Shown here: in pieces, positions 50,748 through 63,647 of the stretch
How the letters are laid out: each line of letters opens with the position of its first letter
How positions within the stretch are numbered: the stretch's first letter is position 1
Assembly: GCF_006345805.1 (NCBI RefSeq)
Contig: NC_043007.1
Span: 70,680,001-70,744,000 of the forward strand
Direction: 5' to 3'
Length of the DNA: 64,000 nt
Source: Octopus sinensis
Taxonomy: Eukaryota
Made by a program: the position numbers and the translations under genes
Notes under the pieces: model-generated
Told to the model about the DNA's origin: nothing
Seen by the model: the letters and a program-made list of their open reading frames with translations, nothing else
The model's database searches: none

Positions 50748-51101
50748 TGTTTTCGTTCCAGCACACGATCTCAGATCAGGTCACTTGCTATGCAAGTACA
50801 TCTCTGTAATAATAATAAATTATATTATCAAATCAGTTAAAACCTTTTAGGATCAATAACAGAATTCTTAGTCTGTCAGATGTAGTTGTGAAATTTATGA
50901 ATGACTTCATGACAAAAGATATTTTTGAAACTTTTTCTCTAAGAAAATTCTGGTGTTCCATGTCTTTCCTATCTGTGTCTAGAAAATGTGTGGAGGGCTT
51001 TTGCTGTTCTCACCCAGTTTTCATGTTGAACAAGGGTTTTCCTTCATTGTTTATTACCAAAACCAAGTTTCATACAAGTCTGCCAATTGAAAATAATGTC
51101 A

Positions 51102-51145
<44 letters not shown>

Positions 51146-51896
51146 TTGTCTCTCTGACTCTGTCTCTGTCTCTGTCTGTCTCTCTCTCTCTGAAATTGTG
51201 CCTAGAACTGATTTAGTTGTTAGAAAGAGCCAAGCTCATCCATCTCATTGGAATGTAACATCAAATTAAATCAAATTCATTTTATGGCACTGGGGCAAGG
51301 ACAAAAAGTTGATGGGAGGGGACAGTGAATTATATTGATCCATGGTTCTGTGTTTTTGTGTTTTATGGATTCCAAAAGGATGAATGGCAACAGTAGGCAT
51401 TGTAAGATTTGAACTCAAAATAATCACACACACACACATACACACAAACACACACACACAAAAGTTCATTGTCTGTTCTAGAGTATTTATCTGTTTTACT
51501 CTCTATTCTCCACACAGAGTACACCAACACAGCTGGGTATGATGAGGGGTAATACTGGCAGAACCATTTTAGGAACCCTTGGACCAGATGGTAGAAGACA
51601 TATGAAGTTTCCATACAATTTATGAGAAATGATTTGGAACAAGCCTTTGTAAGTAGCTCCATATACAAAGAGCTGCAGTGGTGTTCATTTGAGAATTACT
51701 TATTTGGTGTCCACAAAGAGAAAATTTGTTACAAAAGCCTTTTGACCTTTTTACAATTGATTTTGTTTAGAATTCAGAATTGCTCTCCATTGCATTTTTA
51801 ATATTTAATTAGAAGATCCTAATCACAGAACACTTCCAAATGGATGTCTTTGAGGTATCTTATACATAACTGCCATCCAGAGACCAATAGCTGAAT

Positions 51897-52088
51897 CATC
51901 ATCATCATCATCATCATCATCATTGTTTAACGTCTGCTTTCCATACTAGCATGGGTTGGACGAATGACTGAGGGCTGGCGAACCAGATAGTTGCACCAGG
52001 CTTCAATCTTGATCTGGCAGAGTTTCTACAGCTGGATGCCCTTCCTAACACCAACCATTCCGAGAGTATAGTGGGTGCTTTTACGTGA
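51897..52088 (-). mobile_element. RTE 3' UTR fragment with (GAT)n tail
   Basis: Signature as for other RTE 3' ends. Confidence 0.75.
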
Positions 52089-52124
52089 ATATTATATTAT
52101 ATCATATTTGTGGTTATCTTCTGC

Positions 52125-52505
52125 TTCTTTCAGCCATTAGACTGTGGCCATGCTGAGGCACTGCCTCGAAGAATTTTTATTGGAATAGATCAACCCTAGT
52201 ACTTATTTTTTTTAAAGCCTGGTACTTATTCTATTGGTCTCTTTTACTGAACTGCTAAGTCACAGGGATGTAAACACACCAACACCAGTTGTCAAGTGGT
52301 TGAAGGGGACAAACACAGACACAAAGACATACTCACATGCACACACGCACACACATATACAATAGGCTTCTTTTAGTTTCATTCTACCAAATCCACTCAC
52401 AAGGCTTTGATCAGCTCAAGGCTATGGCAGAAGACGCCCAAGGTGCCTTGCAGTGGGTCTGAACCCAGAACCATGTAGTTGGGAAGCAAACTTCTTACCG
52501 CATAG
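52125..52505 (-). mobile_element. Diverged SINE family B
   Basis: Match to family B. Confidence 0.8.
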
Positions 52506-53541
52506 CAACGTCTATTTTTGGAAAGTAAATTCTCCAATTTCATATATTTTACCTTACTTTAAAAGATCTCCAGTTACTAGTGCAATTATATTTCACCATT
52601 CTGAGAATTCAGTAAGGCTGGTAGATACTTACATTTAATGAGACTGCATTCATTCAAATAGCCTTAAATATTGTTAAAAACTGAAATTAAATATTCACAC
52701 ACACATGTGCATCCCACCACATTCATCCCCTACACACATACACACTTGCACATATCTAGCTTGACTTGATGGATGAATAGATTGGTAACTCAATGAAAGG
52801 AAAGGTGAATGGGTGGATGGTTGGAATATAGAAGCTAAGAATTATTAAGAATTACTGCAGTTGAAACACGTTGTGAAAGAAAAAAAATATAGAATTTAAT
52901 AAAGACCTTACTGCCTGAACAAAACTTACCATTTTAAAATCATATCAAATGATCAAATTCTTTATCTATTAATCTCTGATATTCTCTCCTCCCATCATAC
53001 TCTGTGAGAGAATCACATGTCACAGCAGAAATGAGGCAGAGATATTACCGTTTTGATAAGACTTTATCTGGCACCAAATCTTTATGGAAATGCAGTTAAG
53101 TGCAATATATATATATATATGTATGTATGTATACATGTATATGTAAATATGTATACATGTATATGTACATATGTATACATGTATATGTATGTATGAATGT
53201 ATACACATATGCATATGTGTATATGTCTGTATACCATTCTTATGTGTAAACAACAAATAATAAATTAACTGATGTGTCCAGAGCCTTGCCAAACCGGAAT
53301 TAACTAATTAAAGACACACTAAGCAATGTTGATTAAAATGAAGCTGTATTTATTCTTAACACATTTACTTTGCTACAGTAAGTGTAACTCTTCCGGAAAA
53401 AGACTTCTTCTTATAGATAATATGTATGAAAACACACCAAGCAGGGCTATGAATAATTTCTGCCTTGTTATACCTCATTAGCTGAATTTCACTCAGGCAC
53501 TTCAAACACTCCTCATCACTCTCCTTCAGTCTCTCTGCCCT

Positions 53542-53835
<294 letters not shown>

Positions 53836-54074
53836 CTGGAATCTAATGTCTGACAAACCATCATCTGCACATAGTGGACCATCCATCACTTGCTCTATTG
53901 CATTTACCCGTCACCATATTGCACAGTGCCAACCGCATTCCAGATGCTGTGTCACTTCAAATCTGCAGACGACTAGTCACAGCTCCACCAGCTTTATTCT
54001 AACTATTCTAAGCTTTGCTATTTCTCATATGAAGATCAATAAAAACAAAACTGAAGGAAGCACTGAGGTCAATA

Positions 54075-54830
54075 TGACCTGAGTAAAACCAGTGAGGGCA
54101 GTGGTCCAGCATGACATTCAAGATTGAAAGCAGAGACTAAAGGCTTCATACTGGTGGTACAAGATCAAAAGGTGGTGAGCTGGCAGAAACGTTAGCATGC
54201 CGGACGAAATGCGTAGCCGTATTTCGCCTGTCGTTACGTTCTGAGTTCAAATTCTGCCGAGATCAACTTTACCTTTCATCCTTTCGGGGTTGATAAATAA
54301 AGTACCAGTTTTGCACTGAAGTCAATGTAATCGACTTAATCCGTTTGTCTGTCCTTGTTTGTCCCCTCTATGTTTAGCCCCTTGTGGGCAATAAAGAATT
54401 AGGTACAAGATCAAAACTTGTTTACCAGAAATTACTAGGCTAAAGTTCTTTAAAACATTGTTGATTCTGCAACACATTTAATGAAACAGTAGACCATCTT
54501 GTTTCAAGCTGTTCTGTGCTGACACCAAACAAATATGTAATTTACCAGAATAGGGTAGGACAGTTTTTTACATTGGAAAATATGTAAACACTACAAAATT
54601 GACACTCCTGTTAATTGGTATGAACACCATCCTGAGCCAGTCATTGAAAGTAAAAATGCTAACATCCTCTGGGATTTTCTAGTCAACACTGACAGAAAAA
54701 TCCAGGATAATTGATCAGACATAATTATTATTGACAGGGAAGAAAATATTTGTAGACTAATAGACATAAGTGTTCCTACTGATAAAAATATGGCAGTACA
54801 GGAATTTGACAAATGTAATAATAAATACAA
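54075..54830 (+). mobile_element. Decayed R4/Dong-like LINE fragment interrupted by SINE A
   Basis: ETKGFIL..QDQN, NETVDHLVSSCSVL, HWKICKHY, WYEHHPEPVIESKNANILWDF..TDRKI..DIIII..LIDISVP. Confidence 0.8.
54171..54401 (+). mobile_element. SINE family A with 15-bp TSD
   Basis: GGTACAAGATCAAAA at 54156-54170 and 54402-54416. Confidence 0.9.
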
Positions 54831-54997
54831 CATGTATGAAAAGTCATTATCAATTTCAATGACATTCGATTTGCAGTTGTGCAAATTTGTGCTTTTAAAA
54901 AATATTAATTGGTTTATGTTGATATTTATATAGTGTTTAATTTTATCTTTCAGGCCCAAATAACTGATGATGAACATGTAAGTAGGGGGTTTGTGGT

Positions 54998-55480
54998 AGC
55001 ATCATCATCATCATCATCATCGTTTAATGTCGGCTTTCCATGCTAGCATGGGTTGGACAATTTGACTGAGGACTGGCGAACCAGATGGCTGCACCAGGTG
55101 CCAATCTTGATTTGGCAGAGTTTCTACAGCTGGATGCCCTTCCTAATCCCAACCACTCCGAGAGTGTAGTGGGTGCTTTTTACGTGCCACCGGCACGGGG
55201 ACCAGTCAGGTGGTACTGGCAATGACTTCGCTCGAATCTTTTTACACATGCCACCAGCACAGGTGCCAGTAAGGCGATGTTGGTAACGATCACGCTCGAA
55301 TGGTGCCCTTTTACGTGCCACCAGCACAGAAGCCAGTTGGCTGCTCTGGCAACGATTACGCTTGGATGGTGCTCTTGGCACCCTACTAGCATGGGCACAA
55401 GTGCCAGTAAGGTGGCGCTGGTAATGATCACACTTGAATGGTGCCTTTTATGTGCCACTGGCACAGAAGCCAGTTAGCAT
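54998..55480 (-). mobile_element. RTE 3' UTR fragment
   Basis: (CAT)n followed by cgtttaatgtc...ccatgctagcatggg and ~66-bp internal repeats. Confidence 0.8.
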
Positions 55481-55544
55481 GGAAGATAAAGGCCTGAAAT
55501 GGGAAAAACTAGATATAAATATCAGTGGAAGTTTTATAGGAAAG

Positions 55545-56460
55545 GTCCAACAGACAAAGTTATTTGTATTATTGATGACATTTCAGAAAACTGGATCTGT
55601 GCATAATGATAGCAGAACTAGATGTCCATGAACATCTGGAGAAAGAACTGAATTGGTTTCAGAAGCATTTGAAGAGGATCTGCAGTTATCGAATTGTAGG
55701 GCAGCTAATATATTAGAAATTCTATGTGCATCAATCCACAAAATCCTATAAAGTGATCTGAACAAAAAAGCTTATCACATTCAAGTTTTTCCCAACTTAC
55801 AAGAAGAGGATTATCTATGCAGATCAACGATGTGTGCTGAGCTTATTGATAAAAGTGAAAGTGCTGATTTAATCAACAAAATTTTGTTCTGTGATGAAGC
55901 AATCTTCCACATATGTAGAAAAATTAATCATCATAATTTGGGGAAGCGAGAAGCCAACTGAACTTCTTGAATGGGAATGAGATACACCAAAAGTGAATGT
56001 TTGGCTTGGTTAAATCGAAAGTGTATGGAACTTTCTTCTCTGCAGAGATTACAGTCACTGAGGCTGTGTACTGTGATATATTTGAACAATTCCTTGAACC
56101 TCAACTTCATACAGATGGCATTCTTGACGCAGTAGTTTTTCAACAGGAGAGAGTACGCTGTACCATTATGTAAAGATTGTATATAATTATCTTGACAGAT
56201 ACTTCCCTTGTTGTTAGATTGGTCATAGGGGAGCAAAATCATGGGTAGAATGCTCACCTAATTTAATGTCATTAGATTTCTTTGCTTTGGGTTTCTTTAA
56301 GTCTATGGTGTACACCAATGGGAGAATTAGAGATGTAGAAGAACTTCAAAATCTTATTACTGATGCAGTTCAAAGCATAAAACCTTAAATGGTAAAAGTG
56401 TGTTCCAGGAAGCAATTTATTGTTTTCAGCTCTTTAGTGATGGTCACACGTGGAACACTA
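55545..56460 (+). pseudogene. Tc1/mariner transposase fossil, DD41D (rosa/Visitor)-like
   Basis: FQKTGSV, AYHIQV, ILFCDEAIFH, WGSEKP, PKVNVW, VFQQE, YLDRYFP..IGHRG..W..SPNLMSLDFF.LGFFKSMVY; frameshifts and stops. Confidence 0.75.
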
Positions 56461-56594
56461 ATTCTTTGCAGCATATACTTTGAAATAGAAATATCATTTA
56501 AATTTAAACTAGTTTTTCATAATGCAGTTCTATAATTAAGAGATGAGGAATTATATACACTATTTTACATTATTTATATTTGATGGATATTTGT

Positions 56595-56705
56595 CCTCAT
56601 CTTGTTTGTTGTTAACACATCATTTCGGCTGATATACCTTCCAGTCTTCATCAGGTGTCTTGGAGAAGTTTTGAACCTGGGTTCTCATTCCTAAGATATT
56701 TTTTG
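56595..56705 (-). mobile_element. Penelope-like element pLTR-type fragment
   Basis: Carries the cctgatgaag...cagccgaaa hammerhead-like motif typical of PLE pLTRs. Confidence 0.5.
56615..56658 (-). ncRNA. Degenerate minimal type I hammerhead ribozyme
   Basis: ACAC-CUGAUGA-A-GACUG-(10 nt)-CAGCC-GAAA-UGAU-GUGU; stems I and II pair (one mismatch in II); stem III and cleavage triplet are mutated. Confidence 0.5.
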
Positions 56706-56761
56706 ATCCTACTATTATTATTATTATTATCATCATCATCATTATTATTATTATTATTATT

Positions 56762-59700
56762 GTTATATGTTTGACTTTTGCTTTATATTTGCACAAGTTG
56801 GCTCCAAGTCTCACCTGGAGACCTCAAGAGACAACAGGTTGGAAGTTCACATTGTTGTTATGCCTAGTGTGCCATATATTTGGTTGTTTTTTGTGTTGTA
56901 CTGGTGGATGTCTAAAAAAAAAAAATGTTTGTTTTAAACCTTAAGATTACATAGAAAGTATTTTGCGTAGGATATGAGCAGTTCCCATGAGCACTATCTT
57001 TTGAATTTCTGCCATTTTTGGGTTTCCTGGTATCTGAGTTAGGTAGCTATCAGCCCCTTTTGCAATCATTCCCAGGGCACCTATGACAACAGGTATTGTT
57101 TTAGTCTTCAGGTTCCACATTTTGCTGATTTCTATTTCAAGATCTTTATATTTGCTCAGTTTTTGGTAGGTCTTGACAGATACGTTTATATCGATTGGGA
57201 CAGTCATATCAATGAGGAGGCATGTTCTTTGTTTGAAGTCTTTCAATATGATGTCTGGCTTATTTGCATCTATCTTTCTGTCAGTTTGAATAGTGAAGTT
57301 CCAGAGGAGTGAGATGTGATCATTTTCAAGCACTGGGGGTGGTTTGTGTTCCCACCAGTTATTTTCATGGGGCAAATCCAGGTTTTTGCAGATTACCCAG
57401 TGAATATATTGTGCAGCTCTATCATGCCTGTTGAGATACTCTGTAGACGCTAGAAGACTGCACTTGGAGACCACATGATCAATGGTTTCATTTTGTTGCT
57501 GGCATACACGACACGTTGGAAGCTGCTGATCTTTAATATGTTGGCCTGGTAGTTTCTTGTTGGTAGGCATTGATCTTGAGCTGCTATGATAAACCCCTCT
57601 GTTTCAGATTTTAAGCCAGAGGCCATTAGCCATTGATGGGTCAGGGCTTTGTCAACATCTGCATTATTCGCTCTCTTTGGGTATTTGCTATAGAGAGGTT
57701 TTTCTTGCCATTTATCATTCAGAATATCTAAGGCTGCAGATTTAGCACAGGTTTTCATGCGCTTAGCTTTTTCTGTGCTTGTTTCTTGTAAATCTATCTC
57801 TAATTCCGAAATTTGTTGTATTCGGAATTCACTTAGATATTCCTTTGCATGTTTTGTTACTGAGTATGATGCTTTCTTGTTTTCATGTTTTGAGACAAGT
57901 TTTAACATCCAGTCCTCAGAGTTTTTCAGGTAGGTGTCTAGGCCAATTGTAGCAATCTTCATTGTTATTGCCAGTTGTAAAAGTCCACGGCCTCCCTCTT
58001 TTCTTGGTAGATAAAGTCGTTCTGTATCTGCCTTAGGGTGGTGCATTCTATGCATTGTCAACAGTTTTCGTATTTTTCTGTCAAGATTACATACTTCAGT
58101 AATTGACCAGTTAATGATATTGAAACTGTAAGTCACGACTGGTATGGCTAATGCATTGATTGCTTCGATCCTGTTTCTCACGTTCAGCTCTGTCTTGAGT
58201 ATTGCTCTTACTCTGCGATAACATTCTCTCCTGATCCTTTCCTTCATCTCTGAATGCCTTACTCCGTCTCCTTCAATTACCTCTAGATACTTGTAGTTCT
58301 CCGCTGGGTCTAATTCTTTTATGACATTCTGCTGGTCAAGGTTAACGTTAGATGTTTCTGTCATTTTTCCTTTGATAAAGGTAGCTTTCGCACACTTATC
58401 GAGGCCAAATTGCATTCTGATGTCATCACTGAATTGTTTGACAATCACTAGTAAGCCCTTGAGTTGTTGGTCATTTTTTGCAAAGAGCTTTAAATCATCC
58501 ATGTAAATGAGATGATTTATATTTTTATCAAACATTTTATATCCGTACTGTGCGTCATTGAGCAGTTTTGAGAGAGGTATTAAGGCTAAACAGAAGAGGA
58601 GTGGTGATAGTGAGTCACCCTGGAAAATGCCACATGAAATGTTTACATCACCAGCATTTAGAGATTCATTGTCGCTGTTGAAAGTTAGTGTGGTTCTCCA
58701 TGATCTCATACTTACAGACAAAAAGTTTCACAGAGTAGGTGCTATCTTATACATTTCTAGGCATTTCTTAATCCAGCTATGTGGTAGGCTATCAAAAGCC
58801 TTTTTATAGTCTATCCAGGCTATTGATAAGTTTTTGTGTCGTTTGTGACAATCTTCTAAGATCATCTTATTGATGAGTAGTTGATCTTTACAACCGTAGG
58901 ATCCACGTTTACATCCTTTCTGTTGATTAGGGAATATGCTGCTGTCTGTCAAAAAACTATAGGTATATTCCGTCAGGACAGATGTTAGTGTTTTATACAT
59001 AGTTGTTAAGCAGGTTACAGGTCTATAGTTTTTTGGTTCATTTGTTTCTTCACTTTTTGGAAGCAGGAATGTTAACCCATTAACTAGCCAAGGAGGCATC
59101 CTACTAGGGTGTTGCAAAACATCATTGTAAAGTTCTGTTAGCCGTTCATGGCTCTCTGGGAAAGCATTCAACCAGAAGTTAGGGATTTTATCCTTTCCTG
59201 GAGACTTCCATTTGCTTGACCTCCTGAGAGCAGATCTTATATCTTCTACCTTGACACCCTCCCACTTTTGCTCTTCTAAGGAGTCCAGTTCTTTAGATAC
59301 TCTATCAATCCAGGGGGCCTTTTCGCTGTGTGTTTTTTCTTCTGCCCAAATTTTATTCCCAAATCCCTGCACTTCTTCTTTTGATAGTACAGACTTTACA
59401 GTAACTGGTGTTTTTCCTATCTTCCTGTAAAAATTTTTTGGATTATTTTTGAACATGTTGTTGTCCCTGAAGAATCTAACAGGCTTTTCATACCTCGCTA
59501 TGTGGGCAGCTTTAGCAGATACCTTTTGCTTGATGGTTTCTATGGTGGCATCAATATCAAGTATAGTTTTCATATTATATTTTTTCATTAGTTTTTGGGT
59601 TTTTGTAGGTTTGGTAGTCTTATGAACCTTAAGGTTTTTCAAATATTCAATGTCAGATCTAAATAGTTTAATTTGTTGTTGCAAATGCTCTTGCCAAGAA

Positions 59701-60635
59701 AGCTTTTTGTGGAAATGCTGCTGTTTTCTAATCTTTTCACCACATAGGATCGTTGAAATTTTCGCGGATGCATAGTATAGATGGTTGAGATCTGTGATAT
59801 CAACATCATTAGCTGAAATTATATCCTTAAGTGCAAGCTGGGTTTTACCAATTATTTTCATGTTTTGGTTAGAGTTGCGGATTTTAGGGAGTGTATCACG
59901 TTCATCCATACTGGTTTCTTTAATTTTCAGCCATTCAATCATGATTTGACTTTTTAGCTCATGTAGTTCTGTCGGGTGAATATTTGTGTGACTTTCTTCA
60001 TCTATTTGATGTTCATCTGTCTTAGTGTTTATGTTTGGTTCAGGGAGTATTTTACTTTGCCTATCACTTATACTAACTCTTTCAATCCTTACTTTGTTTT
60101 TATCAGCCCTGGGCTGGTCTATAATTATTTCCTCTGTATTATCTTCTTTAGCTGCAGCTTCGTTCATTCTATCCGTTACTGCTTGTCTAACTTGATCAAT
60201 CTCTACTTCAGTCAGTAATTTTTTTTTATAATGTTTCTTCTGATGTTGGCAAGTTTGTTACTGTCTATGTAGGGTGTTTCTGTCTTCAGTTTATGTAGGT
60301 TTGTATAGTGTTCGATTTATCTGTGGGGAAATATATGGCATGGTAGAAGGCCGCAAGAACTTATTATTATCTTCCCTAGTCCATTTTTCCTTCTTTTTCT
60401 TTTGAGTGTTTGGTGACGAGCATGGATGGCCATCTGTTGGAATATTCCAGTTGTGGGGTACGTCCAGCTCCTGTGTGTCGGGAAGATTTGATCCAGTAGC
60501 TGATTCTTCAATCAGACTTTGGTTCAATTTTCGGGTACGTGGTCTTTTGTAATCCGCTCGCCGACCATCGCGGATTGTAGTTTGTTTTGTTGACATTGAA
60601 GCATGATGAGCTTCAACTCTTACATTAAGAGACGG
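56762..60635 (-). mobile_element. Near full-length R4/Dong-like non-LTR retrotransposon in a (TAA)n array
   Basis: Single long ORF (RT, CCHC, RLE), 3' UTR; (ATT)n at 56712-56761 and 60636-60662. Confidence 0.9.
56947..60596 (-). pseudogene. RT + CCHC + restriction-like endonuclease polyprotein with a few lesions
   Basis: KWTRE; YRPVTCLTTMYK; WIDYKKAFDSLPH; GIFQGDSLSPLLF; YMDDLKLFA; CRVC...DHVVSKC; KPDIILKD..LIDMTVP..KYKDL; nonsense codons (e.g. 58728, 60170) and a frameshift near 57550. Confidence 0.9.
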
Positions 60636-60662
60636 ATTATTATTATTATTATTATTATTATT

Positions 60663-61149
60663 GAGTGAGAGAGCAGTGCATGCCATCAAAGTGACACTGG
60701 GGTAAAATATACGAAGCCCAATATACCCATCATGACTACCCGTCTGATAAAGGTACACCAGGCACATGCATCACAACCATATGTGCGCGACATGGTGATT
60801 CATATCAAGATAAACAGCACATGACCTTGCAGGTGGGGCCCAGTTAGAATTTTCTTCAGATTGAGTAGCCCATCCGCTCAAACGGTCCCTGAATAAGGGT
60901 TGTTTAAGGATGTTGAAAGAACCACCCATGTTTCCAGAGGTGAACTATCAAACCCCAAAGAATCCCTCTCAACACATGGCTATGATGCTCCCCCAACTTC
61001 TGCTCGTGATCAGAGATGCACATATTGTCAGCCACGAAGGGACATGCTCAACTGGTTAAGGTCAAACAACTGACAAGCAAATCTGTGGTATTGAGCAGAT
61101 ATTTGCTGTAGCCCATCTTTTATACCAAGACAAAACAATGTACATGATA
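60663..61149 (-). mobile_element. ~525-bp (TAA)n-associated element, 5'-truncated copy
   Basis: Homologous to 4042-4567; (ATT)n on both sides. Confidence 0.8.
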
Positions 61150-61192
<43 letters not shown>

Positions 61193-61470
61193 GAGTGAGA
61201 GAGCAGTGCATGCCATCAAAGTGACACTGGGGTAAAATATGTGAAGCTCAGTAAACCCATCATGATTATCCATCTAATAAGGGTACACCAGGCACATGCA
61301 TCACAACCATATGTGCGTGATATGGTGATCTCATATCAAGATAAACAGCAGTTAGAATTTTCTTTTGGTCAAGTAGCCCATCCTGCTCAAAAGGTCCCTG
61401 AATAAGGATTGCTTAAGGATGTTGAACGAACCACCCATGTTTCCAAAGGTGAATTATCCAAACCTCTAAG
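61193..61470 (-). mobile_element. ~525-bp (TAA)n-associated element, further truncated copy
   Basis: Same left end next to (ATT)n 61150-61192. Confidence 0.75.
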
Positions 61471-61471
61471 A

Positions 61472-61895
61472 ATTTCTTTCAATACACGGCTAAGCCGAAG
61501 TTGCTACATGCTTGCTCAAAACAGTTGATGAGCCTTTGCAGGGCTTCTTCTGTGTGTGATACCAGAGTGGCATCATCAGCAAATAGCATCTCTTTGATCA
61601 GAATGCTTCTGATTTTGGTCTTGGCACGCAGACGCGAGAGATTGAACAGTTTCCCGTCACTTCTACTGTGCAGAAACATTCCATCATCTGATGTCTCAAA
61701 GGCATGTGACAGCAGCAGCGAGAAGAAGATGCCAAAAAATGTAGGAGCAAGGACACAACCTTGCTTTACCCTGTTTTTTATTTGGAAGGTGGCTGATGTT
61801 GAACCATTGTGCTATATGGTACCCTGCATATCTTGGAAAGGTTTGATGATCCTCGGCAGCTTTAGTGGACATCTAATTTTTTTTGGAGCAGGATG
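61472..61895 (-). mobile_element. RTE-BovB-like RT fragment
   Basis: GVKQGCVLAPTFF..FFS, RSDGKLFNLSRLRAKTK, MLFADDATL, FGL. Confidence 0.8.
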
Positions 61896-61972
61896 AAGAG
61901 GCCTTTTCTACCTTTTCTAACTTTTCTACCTTTTTCTACCTCATCCGCTCTAAACCCTAGGCCATGTGCCTC

Positions 61973-62012
<40 letters not shown>

Positions 62013-62018
<6 letters not shown>

Positions 62019-62150
62019 TATATACATAATTATAACAAGAGCTTGGCTTGCACTTCACCATGCACTGAAAAAGAGACGTCGAAAGACACAATTACTACTA
62101 TAAATTCTCCGAGAAAAACAAGCCTTGTTATAATTATGTATATAATTATA
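62013..62150. repeat. AT-rich hairpin, ~32-bp arms
   Basis: 62013-62045 versus 62119-62150, one indel. Confidence 0.85.
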
Positions 62151-62226
62151 AGATATCTATAAAATTTACCTATGAGGTTTTATTTCCGCACTGACCACTT
62201 GGTAAAAATCATTCATGTTTTTATGC

Positions 62227-62414
<188 letters not shown>

Positions 62415-62416
62415 AG

Positions 62417-62541
62417 TAAACAGAAAATGGAGAAATATTGATCAACAACAAATTGACTAACATCAATTATTACTTTTTAATACACATAGACTTTGATGTT
62501 AGTCAATTGTTGTTCATCAATATTTCTCCATTTTCTGTTTA
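62417..62541. repeat. Hairpin, ~50-bp arms, 26-nt spacer
   Basis: 62417-62466 versus 62493-62541, one mismatch and one indel. Confidence 0.9.
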
Positions 62542-62719
62542 TTTTAAATTTGATTCTTGATAAACTCATGTTTATCTTTGTCCTTACCTGTAACCTGTGA
62601 GCATAATATGCTTGCATATGTATGTCCAGGGTTAACATAGGTAATTATACTGGTAGGAAAATGGATTTTTTATCTCTTAGACAGTTATTCCAACCTCTAA
62701 CTCTACTGACCTATATATA

Positions 62720-62759
<40 letters not shown>

Positions 62760-62765
<6 letters not shown>

Positions 62766-63263
62766 AGAAGACCCGGCAGGACAAGTGAGACCATAACCCA
62801 TGGCCTCAGTTCACTTATGCATACCTTTCCTTCTTGGGACACAAAACTCTACTTGTGAAGACCTGTTGAGGCAAGTGAAAATCAAAATCAAAATCAAAAA
62901 TCAAAATCGATCAACATCAATGGAAATTGTAGCTGTGATACCAGTACCGGTGGCACATAAGAGAACAATCCAAACATGGCTGTTGCCAGCGCCGCCTCGA
63001 CAGGCTTCCGTGCCGGTGGCACATAAAAAGCACCATCCGCTTGTGGCCGTTTGCCAGCCTCGTCTGGCACCTGTGCCGGTGGCACGTAAAATGCACCCAC
63101 TACACTCATGGAGTGGTTGGCATTAGGAAGGGCATCCAGCCATAGAAACATTGCCAGATCAGACTGGGCCTGGTGCAGCCTTCTGGCTTCCCAGACCCCA
63201 GTTGCACTGTCCAACTCATGCCAGCATGGAAAGCGGACGCTAAACGATGATGATGATGATGAT
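62760..63263 (+). mobile_element. RTE LINE 3' end (last codons, 3' UTR, (GAT)n tail)
   Basis: gagaagacccggcaggacaagtga (EKTRQDK*) matches the ORF end at 22950. Confidence 0.85.
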
Positions 63264-63264
63264 G

Positions 63265-63568
63265 TGCTTGTTCCTTCTCAAGCCATGCCTGGCTCATAAT
63301 GGGCTGGTTTCCCGGTTTTATTGGCGTATAGGTTCCCCACTTGGATGGAATGCCAGTCCATCGCAGGTGAGCTGCTAGATGCAGGAGGAAAGAGTGAGAG
63401 AAAGTTGTGGCGAAGGAGTCAGCAGAAGTTCGCCATTACCTTCTGCTGGAGCTGTGTGGAGCTTAGGTGTTTTGCTCATAAACACACACATTGCCTGGTA
63501 TGAGATTCGAACCTGTGATCCCTCGACCGCAAGTCCGCTACTCTAACCCCTAAGCCATGTGCCTCCAC
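63265..63568 (-). mobile_element. SINE family C
   Basis: Reverse-complement match to 9868-10181. Confidence 0.85.
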
Positions 63569-63647
63569 TATATATGATATATATGTATATACATGTATGT
63601 ATGTGCGCACACACACACACACACATATGCAGATATATGTATATTTA

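Noticed and set aside
51518-51648. Strong acceptor and GTAAGT donor pair
   Set aside because: All three frames contain stops between them.
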